NCBI GenBank assembly: GCA_031370675.1
Contig: JANMQT010000038.1
Location: forward strand, 1-24,000
Direction: 5' to 3'
Length of the DNA: 24,000 nt
DNA from: Verrucomicrobiota bacterium
GTDB taxonomy: Bacteria > Verrucomicrobiota > Verrucomicrobiia > Chthoniobacterales > SZAS-18
Within the stretch, counting starts at the first letter, position 1. Every line of letters begins with the position of its first letter. Under the pieces are notes generated by a model. That model was not told the DNA's origin and did not search any database. It worked only from the letters and a program-made list of their open reading frames with translations. Positions 6,830 to 14,168 of this stretch are shown one piece after another. Both the position numbers and the translations under genes were made by a program.

Positions 6830-8554
6830 TCAGGGGGCTACCGCGCGTTTCTGATAGAAGAGCGCCACGCGCGGGGCCTCACCTTTGCAGATCTCTTTGC
6901 GCAAGCGGATGACCGTGGCAGGGGAGGCCGTTACGGTCCGTCCCGGCGGGGCCATTTCGACGTTGCCCTCAAACGCCGTCAGTTCGTAGGCGGCTGGCAA
7001 CTGCACCTCCCAGCCAATCAAACTCGTGAAGAGTTCCGTGCGCGGCAGCATCAGCTCCAGCCGGCCCGCAACCGGTGCGAATTTTTCCGCGCGCGCCGAA
7101 TAGGAGAAAGCCACCCGGGTGAGCCTGTTTTCCGCAACCGCCGGCAACGTGAATTCGACCACGTCATTGCCCCGGTCAATCGGGCTCGCCTCCCGGCCAT
7201 TAATCGAACACTCGAGCAGTTCGCTCCCTCCTGGCAGCTCCACGCGCAGCGCCTGCGGTCGATCGTGACGAACCGTGAATTTCGCTTCGGCGAGAAGGCT
7301 TCCTTCTGCCACCACCCGCATCTCGAACTGCGCGTCGTCGATCCGGGCCTGCGAAGTTGCCACCACCGAAAGTCGCTTCACCTTGACCACGGCAGTGGTT
7401 TCGCCCGGCGCCGCGTGAATCGTCGCATAACCCAACCCGCCCAACATGCCCGTCAGGGACGGACCTGGTTCATCGAGACCGACGCTCCCTGCCGGATTCC
7501 CCGCCCCCGCGGTAATTTCCAGTCCCGGTCGAGCCGCAACAAAGAAAACCGAACGCTGGGCGACGCACCCGTTGACCATCGGCGCAGTGAGAATCCACTC
7601 ACCGTCTCGCGCGGTCAGCGGCATTTCATAGACCACCCTCACCTCGCGGGCAAAGCGTTCGAGACCGTTCCAACGAATCACCACCACGCGGTGCAGGCCA
7701 TCATCGGAGCGCGTGGTATCCCAGCGCTCAAGACTCTCGCCGTCCACTTCCCGCACGTTCGTCATGGCGGGCAGAAACAGGCGCATCTCCGTCGTGTCGC
7801 CATCGACCCCGTTCGCGAGAATGCGGGAGCGGCAGGCCAGACGGCCCTCCTCCGCGGCGACCACCGTTTGCACGTCTGCGTTCCACGAAGAAGCGACCGG
7901 TTTTTTCTTCGAGCGCCGTTCGCTGCCGACCACCGTGAACGCGAGGTCGGGCGCCGCGCCGAGTCGAAAGAGCGTTCCGGCCGCCCCGGGGCCGTTGAGT
8001 CGCACGCCGTCGGTCAGCTCCACCAGGGAGCCGGCCGGCACCCCGACAAAACTCGCCTCCGAAATCAGCGCCGGGGGAACGGTCAGACGCAGACCCGGCG
8101 CCGTTCCGGTGGCATTCGACAAGCGAACCGCGAAGCGGATCGTGACGCTGCGCTTACCGGTTCCAAACATCATCAGCGTATAGGAACCATCTCGAAGTGC
8201 GACGGCTGCCGCCTCCGGAGCAACACTTTCAATCCGCACGTCCGCCGGCAGGAGCGGCACCAGGGTCCAACCGTCTTCGAAGTTCGTCACCTCAAAGGTG
8301 GCCCGGCAGACCACCGAAGTTAGATCCGGCGAAAATTCGAAGGCATAGCGAGCCAGCGAAAGCGCGTGCGCCAGCGGTGGCGCGGGTTTGACCGGGGGCT
8401 TCACGTGCGCCGCATCCCACAGCGCGCGGAGTTCCGCGTAGGGAATCGTGACGGATGTAGCGACAACATCCGGCGGTTCGGCGAAGGCACCATCCACCGC
8501 GGAGCTGAGCGACGCGCAGCCGACTAGGAGACGAACCGGAAACGGGATGGACAT
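6830..8554 (-). CDS. Exported hypothetical protein, beta-rich, with three apparent internal modules. No family recognised.
   Basis: ATG at 8554. N-terminus MSIPFPVRLLVGCASLSSAVDGAFA is either a signal peptide cleaved after AFA or a lipoprotein signal with lipobox LVGC. Balanced amino-acid composition, unlike the Arg-rich antisense ORF at 6734-8323. Sits between the creC-like and creD-like genes with 71-nt and 49-nt spacers. Confidence 0.75.
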   Translation of the reverse strand: MSIPFPVRLLVGCASLSSAVDGAFAEPPDVVATSVTIPYAELRALWDAAHVKPPVKPAPPLAHALSLARYAFEFSPDLTSVVCRATFEVTNFEDGWTLVPLLPADVRIESVAPEAAAVALRDGSYTLMMFGTGKRSVTIRFAVRLSNATGTAPGLRLTVPPALISEASFVGVPAGSLVELTDGVRLNGPGAAGTLFRLGAAPDLAFTVVGSERRSKKKPVASSWNADVQTVVAAEEGRLACRSRILANGVDGDTTEMRLFLPAMTNVREVDGESLERWDTTRSDDGLHRVVVIRWNGLERFAREVRVVYEMPLTARDGEWILTAPMVNGCVAQRSVFFVAARPGLEITAGAGNPAGSVGLDEPGPSLTGMLGGLGYATIHAAPGETTAVVKVKRLSVVATSQARIDDAQFEMRVVAEGSLLAEAKFTVRHDRPQALRVELPGGSELLECSINGREASPIDRGNDVVEFTLPAVAENRLTRVAFSYSARAEKFAPVAGRLELMLPRTELFTSLIGWEVQLPAAYELTAFEGNVEMAPPGRTVTASPATVIRLRKEICKGEAPRVALFYQKRAVAP

Positions 8555-8577
8555 GGCCGCCAGAAAAGCCGGCCCGC

Positions 8578-8615
8578 GTGAAGCCTTGATGAACTTCGCG
8601 TGAAGTTTCGATGAA
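8578..8615 (-). promoter_or_regulatory. Candidate CreB-type response-regulator binding array: TTCAT-n6-TTCAC-n6-TTCAT-n6-TTCAC
   Basis: Minus strand 8615->8578 reads TTCATcgaaacTTCACgcgaagTTCATcaaggcTTCAC. That is four direct pentamers at exact 11-bp spacing. Each half differs by one base from the E. coli 'cre tag' TTCACnnnnnnTTCAC. It is also a 22-bp tandem duplication (16/22 identical). It ends 23 nt upstream of the ATG of the 574-aa gene. The pattern is certain; its function is inferred. Confidence 0.55.
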
Positions 8616-8625
8616 TTCCTGCGAT

Positions 8626-10104
8626 CTACGCGAGCGGCAGCCGGACCGTGAACGTCGATCCCGTACCCGGCTCACTCACGACTTCAATCGTTCCCCGTGC
8701 GGCGCGAAGTATCGATTTCACGAGGGCCAGACCCAGGCCGGTGCCACGCAATCCTGTCCGGGGATTCTCAGTGGTAAAAAATCGATCGAAAATCTTCGGC
8801 TGGATCGACGCTTCCATCCCTTTCCCCTCGTCGCGCATCGTGAGCACTGCGCTCCGCGTCGAGAGCTCGGCCTGGAGCGACAGTTCAACGGCCTTGCCCG
8901 GGGGAGTAAACTGAAACGCGTTGTCGGCGAGGTTTCCAACCACTTGGTCGAAATGTTCTCCAGACATCCGGCACCGCAGCGGTTTATCCCCCGTGGTCCA
9001 TGTGAACCGAATCCCAAGCCGTTCCGCGCGCACTTGCAAGTGGTCCTCCGCAAGTCGCCCGAGGTTTTCCCGCAGGTCGATCGGCGTCACGGTGGCGGGA
9101 GCCGGAGCGGTTTCAATCCGAGACAATTTGAGCAGGTCGTCGACGATCTGATTCAGGCGCGCCGCCTCGAGCTGGATGTTGGCGAGAAACTTCCCGCGCA
9201 CCGCTTCATCATTCACGGCGCCATCCTCCAGCAGTTCCGCGGAGCCGCGGATGGCCGCCAGCGGAGTCTTCAACTCGTGCGAGAGATTCGTCACCATTTC
9301 CTCGACGTAAGCCTTGCCCTCCAGCTTTTGGCGCATTTTCTCAACCGCTCGCGCGAGCGTGCCCAATTCGCTCCGGGTCCAGGTCTCCAACCGGACATCC
9401 GTTTCGCCCGCCGCGACCCGCTCCGCCCGCGTCGCGAGCCCCCCGACGATGCGCGTCAGGTAGGCTGAAAGCACGTAAGCGAGCAAGGTCGCGATCGTCA
9501 CTGCCGCCAGTCCCGGCAGCGCCAGTTCGCGCAAGGCCCGGATAATCGCCAGCCGGCTTCGGAGGGTCGGCTTCACAATCGTCACCGCGCCGACGATGCT
9601 TGCGCCGGTCCACACCGGGAGCGTGCTGAAGAGATTTACCCGGTTCGAATTCGGGTCGAGTTGCCACCGGCTCCCGTAACGACCCTGCAGGGCCTGCCGA
9701 ACTTCCAACAGCTGGCGGTCGTCACGCCCGCTTTGCCGGACTTGCTGCGTGTCGTAAAGCACCACGCCCTTCGCGTCATAGAAGATTAGACGAGTATCGG
9801 CGTCATCCTTCGTGAAGCCAAAGAGCCGCGCCTTGGTCGAGCGGCTGCTTTCGAAATCGGAAAACATCGCGGCAAAATTCTCCCGCAGTTTGGCCGGGTC
9901 GTTTCCGTTTTGCGCGGCAAGTCGCGCGTAGAGTTCGCCGACCACCGCCGCCGTATCGATCATGCCCTCCTCCGTGGCGCGAAGCTGGGTGGCCTCGAGG
10001 TTCAGGCGCACCTGCCACGCCAAATACACCACCGGTAGAAACAGCACCGCCAGGTGAAAGATAAACACCTTCCAGTGAATGCTGTGCAAACCGGGAAATC
10101 GCAT
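8626..10104 (-). CDS. creC: Two-component sensor histidine kinase, CreC-like
   Basis: ATG at 10104, 2 nt after the response-regulator stop. N-terminal TM, periplasmic domain, second TM and HAMP. H-box is SHELKTPLAAIRGSAELL. N/G boxes are DNAFQFT, DEGKGM and GTGLGLALV. Blocks match recalled E. coli CreC: ATEEGMIDTAAVVGEL vs ATEGTLIDTATLLAEL, LQGRYGSRW vs LRGQYGARS, and MRQKLEGKAYVEE vs MRVKLEGKNYIEQ. Confidence 0.85.
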   Translation of the reverse strand: MRFPGLHSIHWKVFIFHLAVLFLPVVYLAWQVRLNLEATQLRATEEGMIDTAAVVGELYARLAAQNGNDPAKLRENFAAMFSDFESSRSTKARLFGFTKDDADTRLIFYDAKGVVLYDTQQVRQSGRDDRQLLEVRQALQGRYGSRWQLDPNSNRVNLFSTLPVWTGASIVGAVTIVKPTLRSRLAIIRALRELALPGLAAVTIATLLAYVLSAYLTRIVGGLATRAERVAAGETDVRLETWTRSELGTLARAVEKMRQKLEGKAYVEEMVTNLSHELKTPLAAIRGSAELLEDGAVNDEAVRGKFLANIQLEAARLNQIVDDLLKLSRIETAPAPATVTPIDLRENLGRLAEDHLQVRAERLGIRFTWTTGDKPLRCRMSGEHFDQVVGNLADNAFQFTPPGKAVELSLQAELSTRSAVLTMRDEGKGMEASIQPKIFDRFFTTENPRTGLRGTGLGLALVKSILRAARGTIEVVSEPGTGSTFTVRLPLA

Positions 10105-10106
10105 GA

Positions 10107-10817
10107 TTACTCCATGGCCCGATACCCGACCCCACGCACCGTTTCAATGAGCGACGCGGCTGAGCCCAACTTCCGCCGTAAGGTCTTGATGTGCGCATCG
10201 ATGGCTCGGTCGGTGACCATTCCGCCCTCATCCCAGGCCCGATCGAGCACCTCTTCCCGCGTGAAGACCCGGCCCGGCGCACTGAGCAACAAATCGAGCA
10301 GTTTGAACTCCTGGCGCGTCAGCGCCAGCGCGGCTCCGCCACACTTCGCCTGAAAGCGCGCGCGATCGAGTTCGACCGGCCCGTGCCGGACGATGGCCGC
10401 CGCTTCGCCCGCCGGTGGCTTCGCGCTGGCGCTGAGGCGCAATGCCACCAGGTGACGGCGCACCACCTTAATCCGTGCCTGCAGCTCCCGCGTACTGAAC
10501 GGCTTCGTCAGGTAGTCGTCACCTCCGATCTCCAGGCCAACCACGCGATTGATTTCATCGGTCCGCGAAGTGAGAAAAAGAATGGGCAAGTCCGAAAACT
10601 TGCGGATCGCGCGACATACTTCGAAGCCGTCAATGTCAGGCAGGCCTACGTCGAGAATCAAAATGTCGGGGCGCTGCGTTCCGCGGCAAATCGCGATCGC
10701 CGTCGCGCCCCGGTTCGTCTTCTGCACCTCGTAAGATTCTGCCTGGAGCGCGTACTCGACGACCTCGGCCACGTGCGGATCGTCCTCAACCACGAGAATG
10801 CGCAACGGGTGTTCCAC
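10107..10817 (-). CDS. creB: OmpR-family DNA-binding response regulator, CreB-like
   Basis: GTG start at 10817 (MEHPLRILVVEDD). Receiver domain with acceptor Asp in ILILDVGLPDIDGFEVCR (E. coli CreB: ILDVGLPDISGFELCR). Also LFLTSRTDEINRVVGLEIGGDDYLTKPFS. Winged-helix output: ALTRQEFKLLDLLLSAPGRVFTRE...DRAIDAHIKTLRRKL...VRGVGY. Confidence 0.9.
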   Translation of the reverse strand: MEHPLRILVVEDDPHVAEVVEYALQAESYEVQKTNRGATAIAICRGTQRPDILILDVGLPDIDGFEVCRAIRKFSDLPILFLTSRTDEINRVVGLEIGGDDYLTKPFSTRELQARIKVVRRHLVALRLSASAKPPAGEAAAIVRHGPVELDRARFQAKCGGAALALTRQEFKLLDLLLSAPGRVFTREEVLDRAWDEGGMVTDRAIDAHIKTLRRKLGSAASLIETVRGVGYRAME

Positions 10818-10935
10818 GAGGACGGAATCTACCCAACCCGAAGAAGCGTGTCATCCGTCCATGTTGGTGCGGCAGCTAAATCGAACCAGTTAGGTCGTGG
10901 ACTTCGCCACTTCCTGACGGCATCATCGAACTGAC

Positions 10936-12600
10936 ATGCCCACCAAGCTGGCCCGCTCGGGTCTCTCCATCGCCCTTTCGTTGCTTGTGCTGATCGACGC
11001 CGGCTGCTCGCGCCGCGCGACCGACGTCGAGATCGGCAATCGCGAGGGCATCCTGCATCTTGGCGGCGGCGGCGAACCGCGCGACCTGGACCCGACCACC
11101 AACATCGGCGCCGCCGAGAGTCGAATTCTCCAGGCCCTGTTTGAAGGCCTCGTGATCGTGTCGCCCGATGGAAAAGCGATCGTGCCGGCGGCGGCGGAGC
11201 GCTGGGAAATTTCGCCGGACGGACGCGTCTATACTTTTCACCTGCGGCCCGGCCTGAAGTGGAGCAACGGCGATCCGGTTACAGCCGATGACTTTCTCTA
11301 CGGTTTTCGGAGAGTGCTCGAGCCCGCGGTCGGCGCGGAGGCCGCGCAGCAGGCTTTCATCGTCAAGGGCGCGCGGGACTACGTCGAGGGCCGGAACAAG
11401 GACCCACAATCGATCGGTTTCCGCGTGGTGGACCCGCTTACCTTCGAGGTCACGCTGGATTATCCGGCGACCTATTTCCTCGGCCAGATCGGCTACTACC
11501 CGTTCTATCCGCTGCACCGGCCCACCCTCGAAAAATTCGACGGATATCTGCGCCGCAACTCAGGCTGGACACGGCCGGGCAACCTGGTCGGCAACGGCGC
11601 CTTCCGGCTGAAAGCGTGGCGCCAGAATGACGCCGTCGCGGTGGAAAAGAGTCCCACCTACTGGGACGCGGAGCGCGTGCGCCTGCGCGGGGTGGTCTTC
11701 CACTCGATCGACAATCCCGACGCGGAGGAACTGGCGTTTCGCGGCGGTCGTCTCCATGTCACCTACGGTCTCGCCGCCACCAAGGTGGAGGCTTATCGCA
11801 CGGCGAAGTCGCCCTTCCTGCACGTCGAGCCCGAACTCCGGAGCCAGTGGATCGCGTTTAATGTCACCGAGCCACCCTTCACGGACGCGCGCGTCCGGCG
11901 CGCGCTCGCGCTCGCGGTCGATCAAGAGGCTTTGGCGCGCGATGTCCTGCGCGGCCAGCAACCCGCCGGAAGCATCGTGGTTCCCGGCGCTGGCGGATAC
12001 ACGGGCCACAGCCTGGTACGGCGCGATCCGGAACGAGCGCGCGCGTTGCTCGCCGAGGCCGGATTCCCCGCTGGCGCTGGCTTTCCAAGGGTCAGCTTGA
12101 ATTATACCGCGCGCTCGGGCTGGAAGGAAGCCTGCGAGGCGCTGCAGTACATGTGGCAAAAGGAACTCGGCATCCGGGTTGAGCTCGCGCAACTCGAATA
12201 CAAGGTCTGGCTCGACGCGCTGCGCGGCCGCAAACACCAGTTCAGCTACGACGGCTGGGGATCGTTTGTGGATGATGCGGTGGAGTGGATTGGGCTTTAC
12301 GCGTCCCAATCGCCGAACAACGACAGCGGCTGGGGCAACGCGGCCTACGATGAACACGTGAAAGCAGCTGAGCGAGCTGTCACCCAGGCGGATCGCTTCG
12401 ATCATTTTCGTGCCGCGCAGGCGATACTGCTCGAGGAAATGCCCGTCATTCCGCTCTATCACCAGAACCGCAACTACCTGATGCAAACTTCGGTGCGCGG
12501 CTGGCAGGACAACCTGCTCGACACCCACCCGCTCAAGGAGGTCTGGCTCGACGCCGCCGGCGGCGCGGTCGCCCGACCCGCCACCATCGCGCAACCTTGA
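10936..12600 (+). CDS. ABC-transporter substrate-binding protein, family 5 (peptide/nickel, OppA/DppA-like), probable lipoprotein
   Basis: ATG at 10936. N-terminus ...LSLLVLIDAGCSRR has a lipoprotein-like Cys, but position -3 is atypical. Family-5 SBP blocks: AESRILQALFEGLV, PAAAERWEISPDGRVYTFHLRPGLKWSNGDPVTADDF, LVGNGAFRLKAW, IPLYHQNRNYL. No permease or ATPase genes are adjacent. Confidence 0.85.
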   Translation: MPTKLARSGLSIALSLLVLIDAGCSRRATDVEIGNREGILHLGGGGEPRDLDPTTNIGAAESRILQALFEGLVIVSPDGKAIVPAAAERWEISPDGRVYTFHLRPGLKWSNGDPVTADDFLYGFRRVLEPAVGAEAAQQAFIVKGARDYVEGRNKDPQSIGFRVVDPLTFEVTLDYPATYFLGQIGYYPFYPLHRPTLEKFDGYLRRNSGWTRPGNLVGNGAFRLKAWRQNDAVAVEKSPTYWDAERVRLRGVVFHSIDNPDAEELAFRGGRLHVTYGLAATKVEAYRTAKSPFLHVEPELRSQWIAFNVTEPPFTDARVRRALALAVDQEALARDVLRGQQPAGSIVVPGAGGYTGHSLVRRDPERARALLAEAGFPAGAGFPRVSLNYTARSGWKEACEALQYMWQKELGIRVELAQLEYKVWLDALRGRKHQFSYDGWGSFVDDAVEWIGLYASQSPNNDSGWGNAAYDEHVKAAERAVTQADRFDHFRAAQAILLEEMPVIPLYHQNRNYLMQTSVRGWQDNLLDTHPLKEVWLDAAGGAVARPATIAQP

Positions 12601-12682
12601 GCGTCACGACGCTCGCCTCCGGGATCCGGAAGGTGCTAGGCTGCTCGCGTGCTTCGGTAGCTTTCGACGCGATCGATCCCTG

Positions 12683-14005
12683 ATGAATGCCACTTCCCGA
12701 ATGGACCTAGCTGCGGCCGCGCGCGTTCTGATGCTCGCGGGTTTGATGTTGATCTTGCCGGGTCCGGTCGCGGCGGCCGATCCCTCCGAGCTGCGGACCG
12801 ATGGCGCGGCCTACGGCGACTGGACCACCGACGCGCCCGGCGTGCGCCGCCGGATCGTCGTCCGCGATATGCCGCCGCCAAAGGCCACAAAGTCCGCCGC
12901 GAATTTTTCGCGCGTCATCGCCCGACCAGAGGGCGCGCTGCCGCGCGTGCCGCCGGGATTTCGGGTCGAGGAATTCGCCAGCGGATTCAACGAGCCGCGC
13001 ATTATCGTGACCGCGCCGAACGGCGACATCTTTGTTGCCGAGAGCAAGGGGAATCGCGTGCGCATTCTGCGCGACGCGAACGGCGACGGGAAGCCGGAGT
13101 TAAACGAGGTGTTTGTGGAGGGTCTGAACCGGCCGTTCGGAATCGCGTTTTATCCACCGGGCCCGGAGCCCAAGTTCATCTATATCGGAAACACCGATGG
13201 CGTGGTTCGGTTCCCCTATCGCAACGGCCAGACCAAGGCCGCGGGCCCGGCGCAACCCATCGTCAGCTTGCCCAGCGGCGGACTGCTCGCCGGCGGCGGG
13301 CATTGGACGCGCGACGTCAAGTTTTCCGCGGATGGAAAGCGCATGTTCGTGTCAATCGGCTCTCGTTCGAACAATGATGACGACAGCAGCGAGGCGCGCC
13401 GCGCGCGGATTCTGGAATTCGATCCCGAAGGTAGCAATGAGCGGGTGTATGCCTCGGGTCTGCGCAACGCCGTGGGCATCGCCATCGATCCGGCCACCGG
13501 CGCTCTCTGGGCCACCTGCAATGAACGCGACGGCCTGGGCGACGACCTGCCGCCGGACTATGTCACGCGCGTGAAGGAAGGCGCATTTTACGGCTGGCCA
13601 TGGTTTTACCTCGGGCCCAACGAGGATCCCAAGCATGTGGGCACCCACCCGGAACTCGCCGACAAGATCACGGTGCCTGACGTCCTATTGCAACCGCATT
13701 CCGCCCCGCTTGGTCTCGCGTTTTACAACGGGAAGAAATTTCCCGCGGAATATCGCGGCCAGGCCTTTGTGGCCTGCCACGGTTCCTGGAATCGTGCCAA
13801 GCGCACGGGCTACAAGATTGTGCGCGTCCCCGTGAAGGACGGAAAACCCATTGGCGAATACGTCGATTTCCTGATCGGCTTCGTCACGCCGCAAGGGGAC
13901 GTCTGGGGCCGGCCGGTGGGGGTGACGACGACCAACGACGGCGCGCTACTCGTGACCGACGACGGCGGCAATCGGATTTGGCGCGTAAGTTTTGGCGAGA
14001 AATAG
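12683..14005 (+). CDS. PQQ-dependent sugar (glucose/sorbosone) dehydrogenase family protein, exported beta-propeller
   Basis: ATG at 12683 (alternative Met 6 codons downstream). Signal peptide ...LMLAGLMLILPGPVAAADP. Family blocks: GFRVEEFASGFNEPRIIVTAPNGDIFVAES, RPFGIAFYP, GGHWTRDVKFSADGKRMFVSIGS, GLRNAVGIAIDPATGALWATCNERDGLGDDLPPDY, HSAPLGLAFY, FVACHGSWNR. Confidence 0.85.
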   Translation: MNATSRMDLAAAARVLMLAGLMLILPGPVAAADPSELRTDGAAYGDWTTDAPGVRRRIVVRDMPPPKATKSAANFSRVIARPEGALPRVPPGFRVEEFASGFNEPRIIVTAPNGDIFVAESKGNRVRILRDANGDGKPELNEVFVEGLNRPFGIAFYPPGPEPKFIYIGNTDGVVRFPYRNGQTKAAGPAQPIVSLPSGGLLAGGGHWTRDVKFSADGKRMFVSIGSRSNNDDDSSEARRARILEFDPEGSNERVYASGLRNAVGIAIDPATGALWATCNERDGLGDDLPPDYVTRVKEGAFYGWPWFYLGPNEDPKHVGTHPELADKITVPDVLLQPHSAPLGLAFYNGKKFPAEYRGQAFVACHGSWNRAKRTGYKIVRVPVKDGKPIGEYVDFLIGFVTPQGDVWGRPVGVTTTNDGALLVTDDGGNRIWRVSFGEK

Positions 14006-14030
14006 AAGAGGCCGGCCCTGCTGCAGGCCT

Positions 14031-14163
14031 AAACTCGACGTTCGAGACTCGAAACTCGAAGAAATGGCCGAAAGTTTGAAATGACAAAAGCTTCAAAAGC
14101 GAGCGTTTGAACTCTCCTGGTTTTCTCCGCTTAAGGTTTCTTCGAGTTTCGAGTGTCGAGTTT
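14031..14163. repeat. Long imperfect inverted repeat built from TCGA-centred heptads. Possible bidirectional terminator, structured RNA or REP/MITE-like element.
   Basis: Left arm 14031-14064 is AAACTCGACGTTCGAGACTCGAAACTCGAAGAAA. Right arm 14137-14163 is TTTCTTCGAGTTTCGAGTGTCGAGTTT. The right-arm reverse complement matches the left arm at 27/27 positions apart from a 7-nt (one heptad) insertion in the left arm. TCGA cores are at 14035/42/49/56 and 14142/49/56. The right arm is followed by TTTTT. It lies in a 163-nt, visibly AT-richer spacer between convergent genes. Confidence 0.8.
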
Positions 14164-14168
14164 TTCTT

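Noticed and set aside
6734-8323. 529-aa plus-strand ORF opposite the 574-aa gene
   Set aside because: Its composition is Arg-rich and repetitive (RRR, HRR runs), with no signal peptide or motifs. The minus-strand frame has a signal peptide, balanced composition and operon context with the creC-like and creD-like genes.
10818-10935. Search for a cre-tag (TTCAYn6TTCAY) upstream of the creB-like gene (autoregulation) or the SBP gene
   Set aside because: Only unphased TTCGC/TTCCT/TTCTT fragments are present, with no 11-bp-spaced pair. No site is called.
12599-12632. Two short hairpins after the SBP stop (GAGCGTC..GACGCTC and CCTCCGG-gat-CCGGAAGG), considered as a terminator
   Set aside because: There is no following T-run and the first loop is too small. 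The evidence is insufficient to call an intrinsic terminator.
14006-14168. Insertion sequence, or a tRNA/ncRNA gene, in the AT-richer 163-nt spacer
   Set aside because: There is no coding capacity for a transposase and no flanking direct repeats that I could identify. No tRNA cloverleaf or T-loop (GTTCGAATC-type) is present. A non-autonomous MITE/REP-like element or an sRNA cannot be excluded, so it is kept as a finding rather than called.
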